A DNA stretch of 64,000 bases from contig JBLDXI010000021.1 of the NCBI GenBank assembly GCA_047495785.1, positions 1,054,001 to 1,118,000 of the forward strand, in the 5' to 3' direction. Position numbers and translations under genes: made by a program. Positions 50,397 through 64,000 of this stretch are shown here, piece after piece; positions within the stretch are counted from its first letter, which is position 1; each line of letters opens with the position of its first letter. The stretch is from Lepidodermella squamata (Eukaryota; Animalia; Gastrotricha). Below the pieces are notes generated by a model. That model had not been told where the DNA came from, did no database searches, and saw only the letters and a list, made by a program, of their open reading frames with translations.

Positions 50397-53208
50397 ATGG
50401 AATCTTTTAGCTTCTTCTTTGCTGTTTCTATCGGTAAGTTGGTTTCTATGCAGCATCTCTTTAACCTGTCCCATTCAATCGCAGGGATTGTGTTATGCCT
50501 AGGCTTTGCCATCGAGTCAAAGCCAGCCATTGCAGCTGCGAGGAGGCAGCATAAGCCAGGCCGGTGGCATCGAATTGCAGTCGGCGACAATTCAAATGCC
50601 AACTCGAACGTGAACAAAGTTGACACTCAACTGTATTACTATGCGATCGATGACAGCAGTGAAGAGGTGCCAATGCCGGTACCGTGGTGGATCTACTACC
50701 ACGAGAAATCAACGACTACGCCATCAACATCTTCGACTTCAACATCTACTTCAACATCTACTTCAACAACAACAACAACTACGACGCCCACGACAACGAC
50801 ACAGGTCAATACTTCTACTACGGCAGCACAAGCTGTTCGTAATGGTTTCGTTTGGCGTTTGACTTTTGTTGATTGCAGATCACATGTCAGAATGGAGGAA
50901 CGGCAGTCCAGTCAACTTGCCAATGTACGGCTGCCTATCTCGGAGTTAACTGCGAGTTGGGTGCGTGAGGCAGTAATTATTTTTAGAATTTTTTCAAATT
51001 TTGTACTATGAACCTATCTTTGGCCCTGAAATTGAATCATTCGCGGGCGGGAATCGAACCAGTGACCACTGCCCTTAAACCCGAAATCGATTCCATTGCG
51101 CCACTGCTTCCTCAGAAATGGCAGTTTCGACTGTTGGCTGCGGGCAGTTTTGGCAGTTTTTTTTAATTGCAAGACTCCGCAACCGATCCATTTGCAAATG
51201 AAAAAGTAAAGTTTGGGGAAAAAATAAAAAAAATCATTCGCGGGCGGGAATCGACCACTGCCCCTGCACTCATTTTGGTCATATTTGGAGTGCTCAATGC
51301 TGTTGATATTAGATTCCGGCCTTAGACATAAAATAGGATAGACATTCACGAGAAAAAGGGTGCTACGCCATGGGCGCCAGATGGTCAGCTGATTCATCAG
51401 CGCTTGGAGGAAAAGTATACGAAATATAAGATTCTTTTTTTACTGGTTCCGTGACGGTTTTGATTTTCCCAAGGGTTTGGTTGATGGATCCAGACAAAGG
51501 AAATCACAAGGAACACGCTGATTATTTTTTCGAAATTTTTAAACTTTAAACGAATTTTATCTGGTGTTATCGACTTGAAATGACTTGGCAAAACAGCAGA
51601 AATTTTTTTTTCATCCCTGGCAGCTCAGCGATCCAAGATCGCACCCTGGACAAAACCATGGTTTTCACCTCTTGAAAAAGTTATATAAATTCGGAAATTT
51701 CAGGGCACGAGAGGGAAACCGATTCCAATTTCTGTGCAAATTTTTCCCATGTTACCTTTTTTTTTATTTTTTTTAAATGGCAATAGGTTTAGAAAAATTT
51801 GAGCATTCGTGGGGTAATTTTGGACATCTCATAAGAGAGCTAAACTATAAACTATATAAACTAAACCAAACGGGGCACTGTGATCAGATCCTGGGCTGAA
51901 AATACCCACACGTACCGCACACTTCGTACACTGTTTGTTTTGATGAACTAGGTCCCAACTGTAGGAAAAATATCCAGGGTCCCTCGAAAGCATATGCTCG
52001 AAAGCTTAAAATAGTCCTAATTGAAAAGAGGGAATTTTGGACCGTTTGACAAACATATTGATATTCATATTCCGGTAAACTCTTAAAAAAGTGCGACGCC
52101 ACAAAATAACCACAAAATAGCTGGGGGCCTAGGAAAAATAGGGAGTAAACGTGTAAGGATCTATCTACTTATTCGAGGAAGACTACCATTGCGATAATAA
52201 ATGGAAGATTAATGTGCTAAATAACTAAATTTCAGCCAAATACTTCGTTTCAACTTCGTCGAGCGATTACCGAACCGCAGTAACGCAATGTACGGGTGCA
52301 AAGTCCCGAGGTGCCATCGTGAAGACGGCGCAAGACGTAGAGTCTGCGAGATCGCTCATCAGTGGCGCCAACGAGATGTGGCTCGGGCTAGCCTCCGGAT
52401 TCGTATGGGTAGATGGCACGCAGGTCGGCATGTTGAACAACTTCTGGGCCAATGGCGAACCGAGTGGCGACGGCAGCTGTTAGTTTATCACTGTTTAATA
52501 TTTACACACAAAATGTTGTATGGTTTACGTAAGGTATGGAATTTTTGGGGCCACTTAACGCTATTTCACCCGGCTACAACGACATTCCCTGCAGTGAAGA
52601 GCGCGATTTGGTTTTCTGTCAGGCTAATGATGGCGTAAGCTTTCGATAATTTTCATCATATAGCCACGTAGCACGAGAATGGGATAAGGAAATATCGCAC
52701 CAGCTTGTTTAAATTGTATTTCTTTACCACCTTCTCAGACTAATCTTCAGCTTTTCGAAAATTCTGGCGACTGGGATGCTCATAAAGCCTTCTGCGGGGG
52801 GAAAGGCCTAAGATTGGCTATTCTCGACACGCCGGCTCGATTCAATGACGCATTAAGCAAGCTGAATGCTTACTCAGGTTCCGCATGGGTCTTAGTTCCG
52901 TCGATCGGTGCTCGTCGTCCGGAAGGACTCAACTTTCTGTGGGGCGATAACAGCGTTGTAACGCCTACAAACACAATTCCAGCCTGGGCGTCCGGCCAGC
53001 CGGCCGACGACCCGAGTTTACAATGTGAGTCACATGACTTGATGTGGTAGATCTAAAGATAGGAATTTTGATCTTTTTCATTATCGTGAATATTGCATCA
53101 ATGAATATTTTCGTAATTTCAGGCGTCACCCTGAACAGTGCCGGCCAAATGGCGGTTAGAAAGTGCAGTAGCAGCTACAGTGCGATCTGCGAGCGAACGG
53201 AAATATAG
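50397..53208 (+). CDS. Secreted lectin: signal peptide, Thr/Ser stalk, EGF domain, two C-type lectin domains
   Basis: EGF TCQNGGTAVQSTCQCTAAYLGVNCE (~50879-50960); CTLD1 MWLGL..FVWVDG..FWANGEPSGDGSC..YNDIPC..FC; CTLD2 ..FLWGD..WASGQPADDPSLQC..KCSSSYSAICE; exons join in frame. Confidence 0.83.
51035..51266 (-). mobile_element. tRNA-derived SINE-like fragment(s) in the lectin intron
   Basis: Minus strand has A-box TGGCGCAATGG (51093-51103) and B-box GGTTCGATTCC (51050-51060) at tRNA spacing, without a pairing acceptor stem; a second partial copy lies at ~51232-51266. Confidence 0.55.
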
Positions 53209-54880
53209 GCGACTGCACCAAGCCGACATTTCCAGCTTTTACAAGAGGAACGATTTTCTATTTTCTATATAGACATAAAAGGTTCTTCTAAAAAATCTGA
53301 TGAAATGTTTAACTACACCCCTCTTTAATCTTTATTGAATGATGCATATGATGAACTAATGTATTTCGAAAATAATTGAAATCAGGTAAACAGATTCAAA
53401 ACTGTAATAAAAATTGGATTAGCCACTAGGCAACGCAGTTGCGATTGTTTAACATCTAAAACATCTAAAAAATGAAAATGATCTATCTGAAACATGAAAA
53501 TCTGATTAGCTCGTTTTAGAAACTGACATGGATTTCGCATTGACTGTTCGAAAAAAGCGCTCAAAAGCTTCTACCTAAATTGTTTCTTCATCGATCAAGC
53601 GCGGGCAAAATCGTGTAACTAACGATTGGCGTCAGAATAATAGCAGCAACCGCAGCAACGTGAAACGCTCTTTCAGGGTGGCTATTAATGGACTTTAACC
53701 CGATGGATGCCAAAGTTTGAGGTGAGGTTGGTCACGCTTCCATGCGCATATAGTTACAATTTGGAATTTTTGCGATTAAAACTGATTTATCCATAGAATT
53801 TCAAAGTTCAGCAGAAATATTTTTTAAATATATGTACGAGCAGCCATTCCGTTTAATATTTAATTACTAGTTATATCTAGTAGGTAGTGCTCAGTAACTT
53901 TATATTTTCTGGCAATATCCACGGAAAATTTTGAAACAAAATTATTGGCTCTATGATTTCGGCCAAATCAGCCTTGGAGATCGATTCCGATTCAGACCTA
54001 ACCTCCTCATCCGAAACTTTGTGTGCAGAAAAATCCGCAGTATGGAATTCAGCAAAGAAAAAGCCCGGGAAATCTCGGACGGGAAAGTCTTCTGCGAAGA
54101 AATCCGCGAAGAAACGATCTGTCGAACCGCAGTCAAGTGTTGTAATGAATTCGATGATCATTCGAGCGAGCGATTGATCGACGTATTTGAATAGACCACG
54201 GAGTCCGGTGCGATGAAGCATCGAGTAAAAATCGAACATCGACCCCAGTCAGCTTTGGTCGAGGCCATGGTCGCCCACCAAGCCGCGGCAACGTTACTCG
54301 CTCTGTCAGCTCTCTCGAAGAAGTTTCAGCCGAACCTAGTGCTCAAGCTCTGCCAAACTTGCCGCACCAGTAATATTTATAAAATTGCAATATTGCAAGT
54401 AGTTATTAAATTAGTAATTAAATATTAAATTATAGTTGTAAAAAATTGTCATTTCTGACGAAAACTGGAATTAATTGACGGAAAAAATTAACTCCACTGA
54501 TCAGGTATTAGACATTTTTAAGATTTTTTTCATTCAAATTGGGCTTTCTCAACTACCATCGTCCGACAATTAAGTATTATGTAGCCGAATCAATGTTTTG
54601 ATACTTTATGTGCATTTATTAGCACCTGTAAATTTGTTTTTTCTTTACACACTGAGACTTAATCAGAGGCTGCTATCCAGGCACAGCTCTAATGTTGTTT
54701 GCTTTGCTTAATTTTCGCCAGCTTTACTCTCCATCATATTCCAAACAAGATCACTATCCCAACAGTCAAGAAAACAAGCAACAGGAACTAATTGTTGAAG
54801 AACCCAGCACACTGCTAAAGCAAGGTTAATTTGAGAGTATATAACCAGTTTTGACTATATTTTTGGTATACGTAAAAGTC

Positions 54881-55387
54881 ATGCCTTCGAACGAAAACGT
54901 TAGCACATTCGATCCACTTGACACGCGGCGTTTCTCGGTGTCAGAGCTACGCAATTTTTACGCAAGCCGAGATTCGATTAAGGACGATTCTTCAAATTCA
55001 AACCCGGTATCGATGCGATCCGTGACAGCTCGCCTTCATTCCTCAAACTCAGTGCTACTAGTCGAAAAATGCAACTGCATCATGGCCCTAGGACTGGCAG
55101 GAGGAAAAGCTGACCCGGGCGTTAAAATTACGAATATCGTAACGTCGGAAAGCAACCATGCCGACGGCCATCATTCGCAATATATTGGCGATTGCGAGGC
55201 GCTAGGAATTCCTGATCACCTGCTATCGATGATGACGCAGGCTGTCGAACCAACCCAACATTGTCATTTGATGTACGAACAGGACGGCGCCATGCCTTAC
55301 TACATGACGGCAACTTTTTGCTACCCAGAGCCTCTGTTGAGTTTCGCGCCGAGCCATTTCGACGAGGTGACGCTCGAAATCGAATAA
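54881..55387 (+). CDS. Single-exon hypothetical protein (~168 aa), no recognised family
   Basis: Stop-free ATG-started ORF with protein-like composition, more GC-rich than its flanks. Confidence 0.45.
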   Translation: MPSNENVSTFDPLDTRRFSVSELRNFYASRDSIKDDSSNSNPVSMRSVTARLHSSNSVLLVEKCNCIMALGLAGGKADPGVKITNIVTSESNHADGHHSQYIGDCEALGIPDHLLSMMTQAVEPTQHCHLMYEQDGAMPYYMTATFCYPEPLLSFAPSHFDEVTLEIE

Positions 55388-56495
55388 AAATCGAATCGGA
55401 AATTTTTTGAATATATATTATTTTCATCATCAACCGGTGAGCAATAGAGCCATGCTTTTTTTTAAATAAGAATATATTTCATAATATGACCATTCGTGGG
55501 CAATAATGTTAATTGCTGACCATACTTGGAGTGCGTCAATTTGTTAATTACCGTTTAATTCCTTTAATAATTATGAGCACTCCTGTTAGCCACTCGAGTC
55601 ACATTTTATCGTTCAATTCCCCTGAACGTTTTTATATTCATTGGCAACACCAGATATCCGTTATTTTTTTCGCCCAAGTAATAAAAACGAAGAGGTGTGT
55701 CATCATGTGCGTTTTTTTCAACAGAGGCACTAAAAAATGTGCGAGGCCAATTATTACACTCTCGTCTCGCTGTTTTTACGACCGCACGCGTCGTGATTGG
55801 CAGTGGCAAATCCGCGCTACGTGTGCGCGTAAAAAAAAACACGGCACTGCTGACACCAAAAAAATGACTATAGTAATAACGAACGGAAGCGCGAGTTAAT
55901 GATAATAATTATTTCGGGCAGGCGAGATTAACTAGTCGAAAGTGGCACCAGATTTATGCGAGAAACGTGCCTCACTTTTCAGGCACGTACACCTGCTGCT
56001 GCTGCGAAAACAAAACTCGAGCTTCAAGTTCTGATTTTTCGTAAAAACATGCCGAAGATTTTCGTTATGGAAATGAGAAGATGAGCAGTAAACGTTGAAT
56101 GCAAAAAGGCGATTGATAATAATAATAATAAGCGCGTAAATCCGCCTTAAAGCCTGTGAGATTACGCGCCGATAATTGTTTAACTTTCTACCAGCACTTG
56201 ATTCAATTGAAAACTGCGCACAACAGATGCGTTAATTTATACAAATCGATTGACCTTCATCGCAGCAGCAGCAGCAGCAGCGGCGCAATATCAATCACGC
56301 GACTGTCAACTGCGCGCGCGCGGCTTGTTTGAAGTCGATGCGCGGCTTAACGGAAATAATTGAAATTCGTTTATATTAAATTTAAAAATCGAAAAAATAT
56401 ATTGCACGGTGCTTGATGCGACCGAGTGTTTATAAGAAAGTGGCGCGCGGGCCAATTAGCGCTGTCAAAAACGTTACCACAGGCGCCACACTCCT

Positions 56496-56783
56496 TAATC
56501 CGGGCGAGGCGCCCTCGGCGAGCGAGACGCCCCCGTGCCTAGCCATTACCGCTGCTTGTATCGACAATGACAGGGCGAAAGCGAACGGCATCTTCATTAT
56601 CGGGACTGGTTCGCAAGTGGCGAGGATTAGGCGCCGACGTGATTGCGCTTCTCGCTGTATAGTAGCAATAATAAGAATAAGCGCGCGCGTTTGTTATTAT
56701 TACTATTATTATTATTATTGCTACTTGTTTATTGCGCAGATGCGCCGACCAATCAGCGTGCGCGCACTCGACCTACAGCCAAT
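56496..56783 (+). promoter_or_regulatory. Putative Pitx proximal promoter: twin CCAAT boxes and bicoid-class sites
   Basis: CCAAT at 56749 and 56779 (30 bp apart); TAATCC at 56496 and GGATTA at 56624; CpG-rich context upstream of the ATG at 56908. Confidence 0.45.
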
Positions 56784-56883
56784 GAGTGTGCGAGGCGGAA
56801 AGGCAAGCGGTGAGATTTAGCGTGATTTCGCCGCGAGTTAGCATCAGCTCTAGAAATCCCACCTCAAGCCTTATTTTGAATAG

Positions 56884-59724
<2,841 letters not shown>

Positions 59725-60855
59725 ACAAATTAATTATTCGATCAAGAACTAGAAAAATCGTGTGCCTCTTTCATTTTGGCTTCCATTTATTGAATATTAA
59801 AAGCCATGTTAACAGTTGTCATTTTATCAATCATCAATTGTGTTGGGTTTTTTTTCATGAAAATTGTACCACGTGCAGTATATTATAACCTATTGCTTTT
59901 ATAAAACTATTGAGCACTTGCTTGTCGATATATTCGCGTTTCAATTTTTTCGTGATTTTACTGATGCGTCTTTACCGACTCAACAATCTAGTCCATTCAT
60001 TCGGCCCAGTTGATTTTTTTTTCTCGTTTGGTCGCCGCCTATATATGTAAACGTCATTAATTTTTCTTTAAAAAATTGAAATATCGTTTTAACACTATTA
60101 TTATTACTATTATTCTATCTATTGATGATGTAAAATAATAAAGCTGCGCAAGTGGAGTCACATTCACCGTATAATATTGGAAACAATTGGATCCACATTT
60201 TTATTTGATCGTTGAAAAATGATAAGTGGGGTTTGGCGAAAGTTGCGATAACATTTTGATGCCACTTTCAAGATCAATGGACGAGGAGTCGAACGATATC
60301 AACAAGAGGTTGATAGCGATCATGATCAGAGGTTGCTAAGAAAATGGGCTTCAAAAAGTTTACGGGTGAAAAATGCGCGCTTGACAATTTTTTATTGCAT
60401 CAATTAAAAATGCGTCGCGCAATAAATTCTGATTTTATTTTTTTATGCGCAGTCGAGATTTATTGGGGTAATCTGAGGTGAGGAATCTTGCTAGACATTC
60501 AAACATTTTGATGGAATCAAACTCGTGCTTCCAAATGAACCTAAACGGATGAACATTTTCAGGGACACATTGGGGTACCCCATCTTTTGAGGTGGACGGG
60601 ACAGTTATGAATATTCAAAATCCTCAAGAGCAACTGAGGAATCCAATTATCGTTCCTCTTCAAGTATTCAAACCTTTTGCCAATTTCGTGGAAAATACAG
60701 AAAAAATGCATAAATAAAATGCATAATGCAGTTAAAATTCACTTGTTAACTGTCATTTTATTCTGTATCACTAATTCTCAAAAAATTGCCAAAATTAAAG
60801 AAAAAAGCCATCTATATAAATCTATTAAAATAAGCCGATAAATTGTATAAGCCAT

Positions 60856-63800
60856 TCAATACTGAGAAAAATAAGGAGACGCCTTAAGGTTGACCGATTT
60901 AGCGCTGTACTTAATGTCACTTAAACTCTTTGAGCATAGTGGACTTTTCGGAGTCTTCGCCGCCGCCGCCTGGGTATAGTGCGGAATTTCGATCCGATTC
61001 CGTAGCCCGGATGATAGAACTCGGCCGTAAAGAGGCGGCGGGTGGTCGAGCGAGTCCGATTCAGGGTTATCACTTGACGCACTCGTCATCGGCGCCGAAC
61101 TCATCGTCGAATGTTGACTGGACCCGATTTTAGCGATTGGCAGTGGCTCGGATTGCACCAACGTCTGAGGCGGCATCAGTTGTTCTTTATGGTGGCACGC
61201 TTTATTCGGCGCTTTTGTCGATTTGAAGTTCAAAATCAGTCGACATTGATTGGCCATATGGCGGCCAAATGACAGCGACGAGGCTGCTTTGCTGGCCCGG
61301 CGTTTAATTTTGTAGCAAAATTCGAAAAATGAAAGTGATACACCGATAGCGAGACCGATGACTAGACACGCGAAAACACCTCCAACCTGGCCAATACCCA
61401 GCTGAGCCGTTGAAGTCTTAGAAACATCAGACGCCTCGCATTTCGATTGATTTCCCATTTGTTCGACCGATTTTTCAACCCACCACCGAAGTTTGAGCAA
61501 ATGAAGAAATTGGTCTTCCTGAAGTTTTAGAATAGCGTTGTTTATCTCTTCGCGGTAAGGCGAGCCCCGCGGCAGTCCGACGCCGTAGCCTTTCGAGTCC
61601 AAGAGGCCGCCGACTTGCTGCAAGTCGCAGTCGCGCTGAACTTGATATTCGATCATGGTCGACTCCATCAGAAAGGCGTAACTGCCATCTCGAACTCGTT
61701 TAATACCGTCAGTGGAAGAATTTACGAAAACCGTCGGCTTGGCTGTTATCATATAATTCCACATCTTCTCATAGGTGGGAATTTTCGAATTCTGAAAAAA
61801 ATTCAGAAAAAACGCTTTTAAAATACGGGAAACATTGCGCACAATTGTGTGGGTCTAATTAGCATATGCAAATGAGGTTTCTCCACCTTTTTTTTTTAAA
61901 TAAAGGTGAACTCCTAAATTCTCCAAAATTCACCTGCCGATCAAGATTCCTCGGGCGAAGGCTTGGTGAGTTTTTTCCCATTTTTTGGACGAAAACCAAA
62001 TTTTTATAAAATTAAATAAAAACCGGTATTCCAACTTAACAATTCTGTTTTCAAATTTGAGATATGACTCACTTTGAAAAATATCATAGTCGACCCGCTA
62101 GATCTTGTGCCGTATTTAATATCAGATTGCTTCGCTAGATCTTCAGCCGAGGAAATTTCGGTTTGCAAACGCTCGATGGTCAAAAACGCGGCTAGATTAG
62201 CGGTGTATGAGCTGATAATGATGAGCGTGAAAAACGACCACACGCTGCCGATGATGCGCGTCGAAAAGGCCCGAGGCGCAATGTCACAGCCCTGTTGCAT
62301 GAGAGACGATATCGTGAACCACAGCGAGTTGAATAGCGTGAACTGATTTTCAACTATGGCCGGGTTTGGGTCGTGTGGGCACGCGGCTTTACGCACCCAT
62401 TCGTAGGGCGTCACCCGGGCGACGATGTACAGAATGACGGAGGTGGCGACGTAGGCGCCTAGAACGTAGATCCAAACAGCGGGTTCAAGCGGGTTCATAA
62501 AGCTGAACAAGGTCGGCTTTGTTTGCTTTGGCTTTCGATACAAAATCGATATTCCGAGATTCATATAAGGCGTCGTAAAATCAATCACTTGCTCTCGAAT
62601 GTACTAAATAAATTGAATTTTAAATTTCCAAAAAAATCGTGAATATATCGAAATTTTACAGTGATAGTAAGAGGAGCAATCGCGACATCGGCTTTCTAGT
62701 AATTAAATTAAATTAATAATTATTTCAGAAAATTCTCAATTTTACCTTTGAAAGAAGTTCTCCAATCATGCCGTTCCACCTCATTGCAGTTGGGTCAACT
62801 GGCGCGCCATATTGGCCGTCATCCACCAGTTTCAACTCGTATTTAAAATGTAAAACTTCAGCCAATTTCTCCATCAAATCAACGCAATAGCCTTCAAATC
62901 GCGCATTTCCCTCTAGAATTTGACCCGGCTTCGGTTTTCGGAACATGACAAATGGCTCCTCGACAATTGTTGTGACAATGATTGTCTTGTTGCGAAAAAT
63001 CACGTCCGTGTCTTTGCGAGAAGGCGTTGGAACAGTGGCGTATTTTATGCCGCCGTTGTTCGGCAGCCAATCGGCATACCGTTCGGGGCCGCCGTCTTCC
63101 CGATTGACCCGAGTCACCTGCAGGGCGATTCCAGTTCGCCAGCCTCGTTCGTCAACTATCACAGGACCAGTCATGCCAGATAGATCTTCAGTCTAAACGG
63201 GAAAAAATTAGTTAATTTCAGGAAAATTATTCGGAAAAATCACCGTTCGCATGAAGTTGAGCAAATTTTCACCCAGTGCCTTGTAGTAATCCGAATCTTG
63301 ACGGTCACATATAATTGGACCTTTTTAAAAAAATTACTCAGTGGTAAAAAATTCCATAAAATGCGAACTGGTGTCAATTTTTTGTAAACGAGAAAGGTTC
63401 CCGATCGCGCTAGCCATTGATAGAAATCCATCGAATAAAAACATATCGGCAGCCTATAATTATGAGAATTTTCAATGTGAGTATTGTTAAATTATATAAC
63501 CCACCGTCCAGGTCCGTTTTTGCTTAGTTCTAGTAGCCGTGCTGTACGAAGGCTGAATCTGCGCCTTGGCCAACTTATCTTCAACTGTAGCTATGTTTTT
63601 TGTCTGATTCGCAAGCTGCATGTAGGTTATATTAGCGCCGCCGTACCAAAACGCGGCGTAGTCGATCAGGTTGGCATCGAGCGATGTGAAGAGATAGTGG
63701 AAATAAACGTTCAACATGCTAACTTGTTGAGCTTGTTGCAAGAAATGAGTGATTGTTGCTGCTCGACAATCGATTATAAATCGCGAAACGCCACTTTCAC

Positions 63801-63870
63801 GCAAATCCTTGAGCAACGGCCTGTAATCGACTGATCCGGGTTGAGAAGGCCGCAATTGGCGAAGAAAAAT
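60856..63870 (-). CDS. Ionotropic glutamate receptor, kainate-like (5' part outside the window)
   Basis: FEGYCVDL, IAPLTIT|YIRE.VIDFT.PYMNLGISIL, pore SLWFTISSLMQQGCD, SYTANLAAFLT, GLLDSKGYGVGLPRGSPYRE, M4 helix. Confidence 0.95.
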
Positions 63871-64000
63871 GCTGAAAAATCAGGATAAGCCAAGCTTTTA
63901 AGCTGGATTCAAAATTTACTTATAAATTGGCCCATTCGGCAAGGGTTCAGAAACGTAGGCCTTGCCAGAAGGGGATAAAGCAGCGGCTTGGCTTTCCATC

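Noticed and set aside
51035-51110. Functional tRNA gene
   Set aside because: Acceptor and anticodon stems do not pair; treated as SINE-like or pseudo-tRNA
53877-54428. Overlapping short ORFs including a Lys/Ser-rich one (SAKKKPGKSRTGKSSAKK)
   Set aside because: No coherent spliced model or recognisable domain
62290-62310. Unusual Q/R pore site in the glutamate receptor
   Set aside because: Genomic MQQG is the ordinary unedited state, and the ligand-binding Arg/Thr/Glu appear intact

Overview
Eukaryotic (invertebrate animal) genomic DNA, AT-rich, with very short (~50-65 nt) spliceosomal introns. The TTT(C)AG-type acceptors look nematode-like, but the taxon cannot be fixed from this window. 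About 43.5 kb is occupied by an array of 18 alpha-carbonic anhydrase (CA) genes, labelled here CA0-CA17 from left to right; residue numbers follow human CA II. All 18 have predicted signal peptides. Nine keep the Zn-binding His94/His96/His119 triad, and one of those nine (CA8) is a frameshifted pseudogene. The other nine have lost His94, seven of them also His119 to Gln, so they are predicted secreted pseudo-enzymes. The C-terminal tails are very diverse (GPI-like, mucin-like, Gly/Asn/Phe-rich). A TPR/J-domain-like gene interrupts the array near its left end. To the right of the array lie: a 7-exon gene for an apparently secreted ~1176-aa ankyrin-repeat protein with three internal Sushi/CCP modules and no transmembrane segment; a secreted mucin-EGF-double C-type lectin; a small orphan ORF; a Pitx homeobox gene; and the 3' part of a kainate-type ionotropic glutamate receptor. 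Intergenic DNA and introns carry many non-autonomous DNA transposons (piggyBac-like, Tc/mariner-like, one with an 8-bp TSD, and a nested cluster) and a tRNA-derived SINE-like fragment. Gene models were assembled by eye from splice signals and paralog comparison. No database searches were run.
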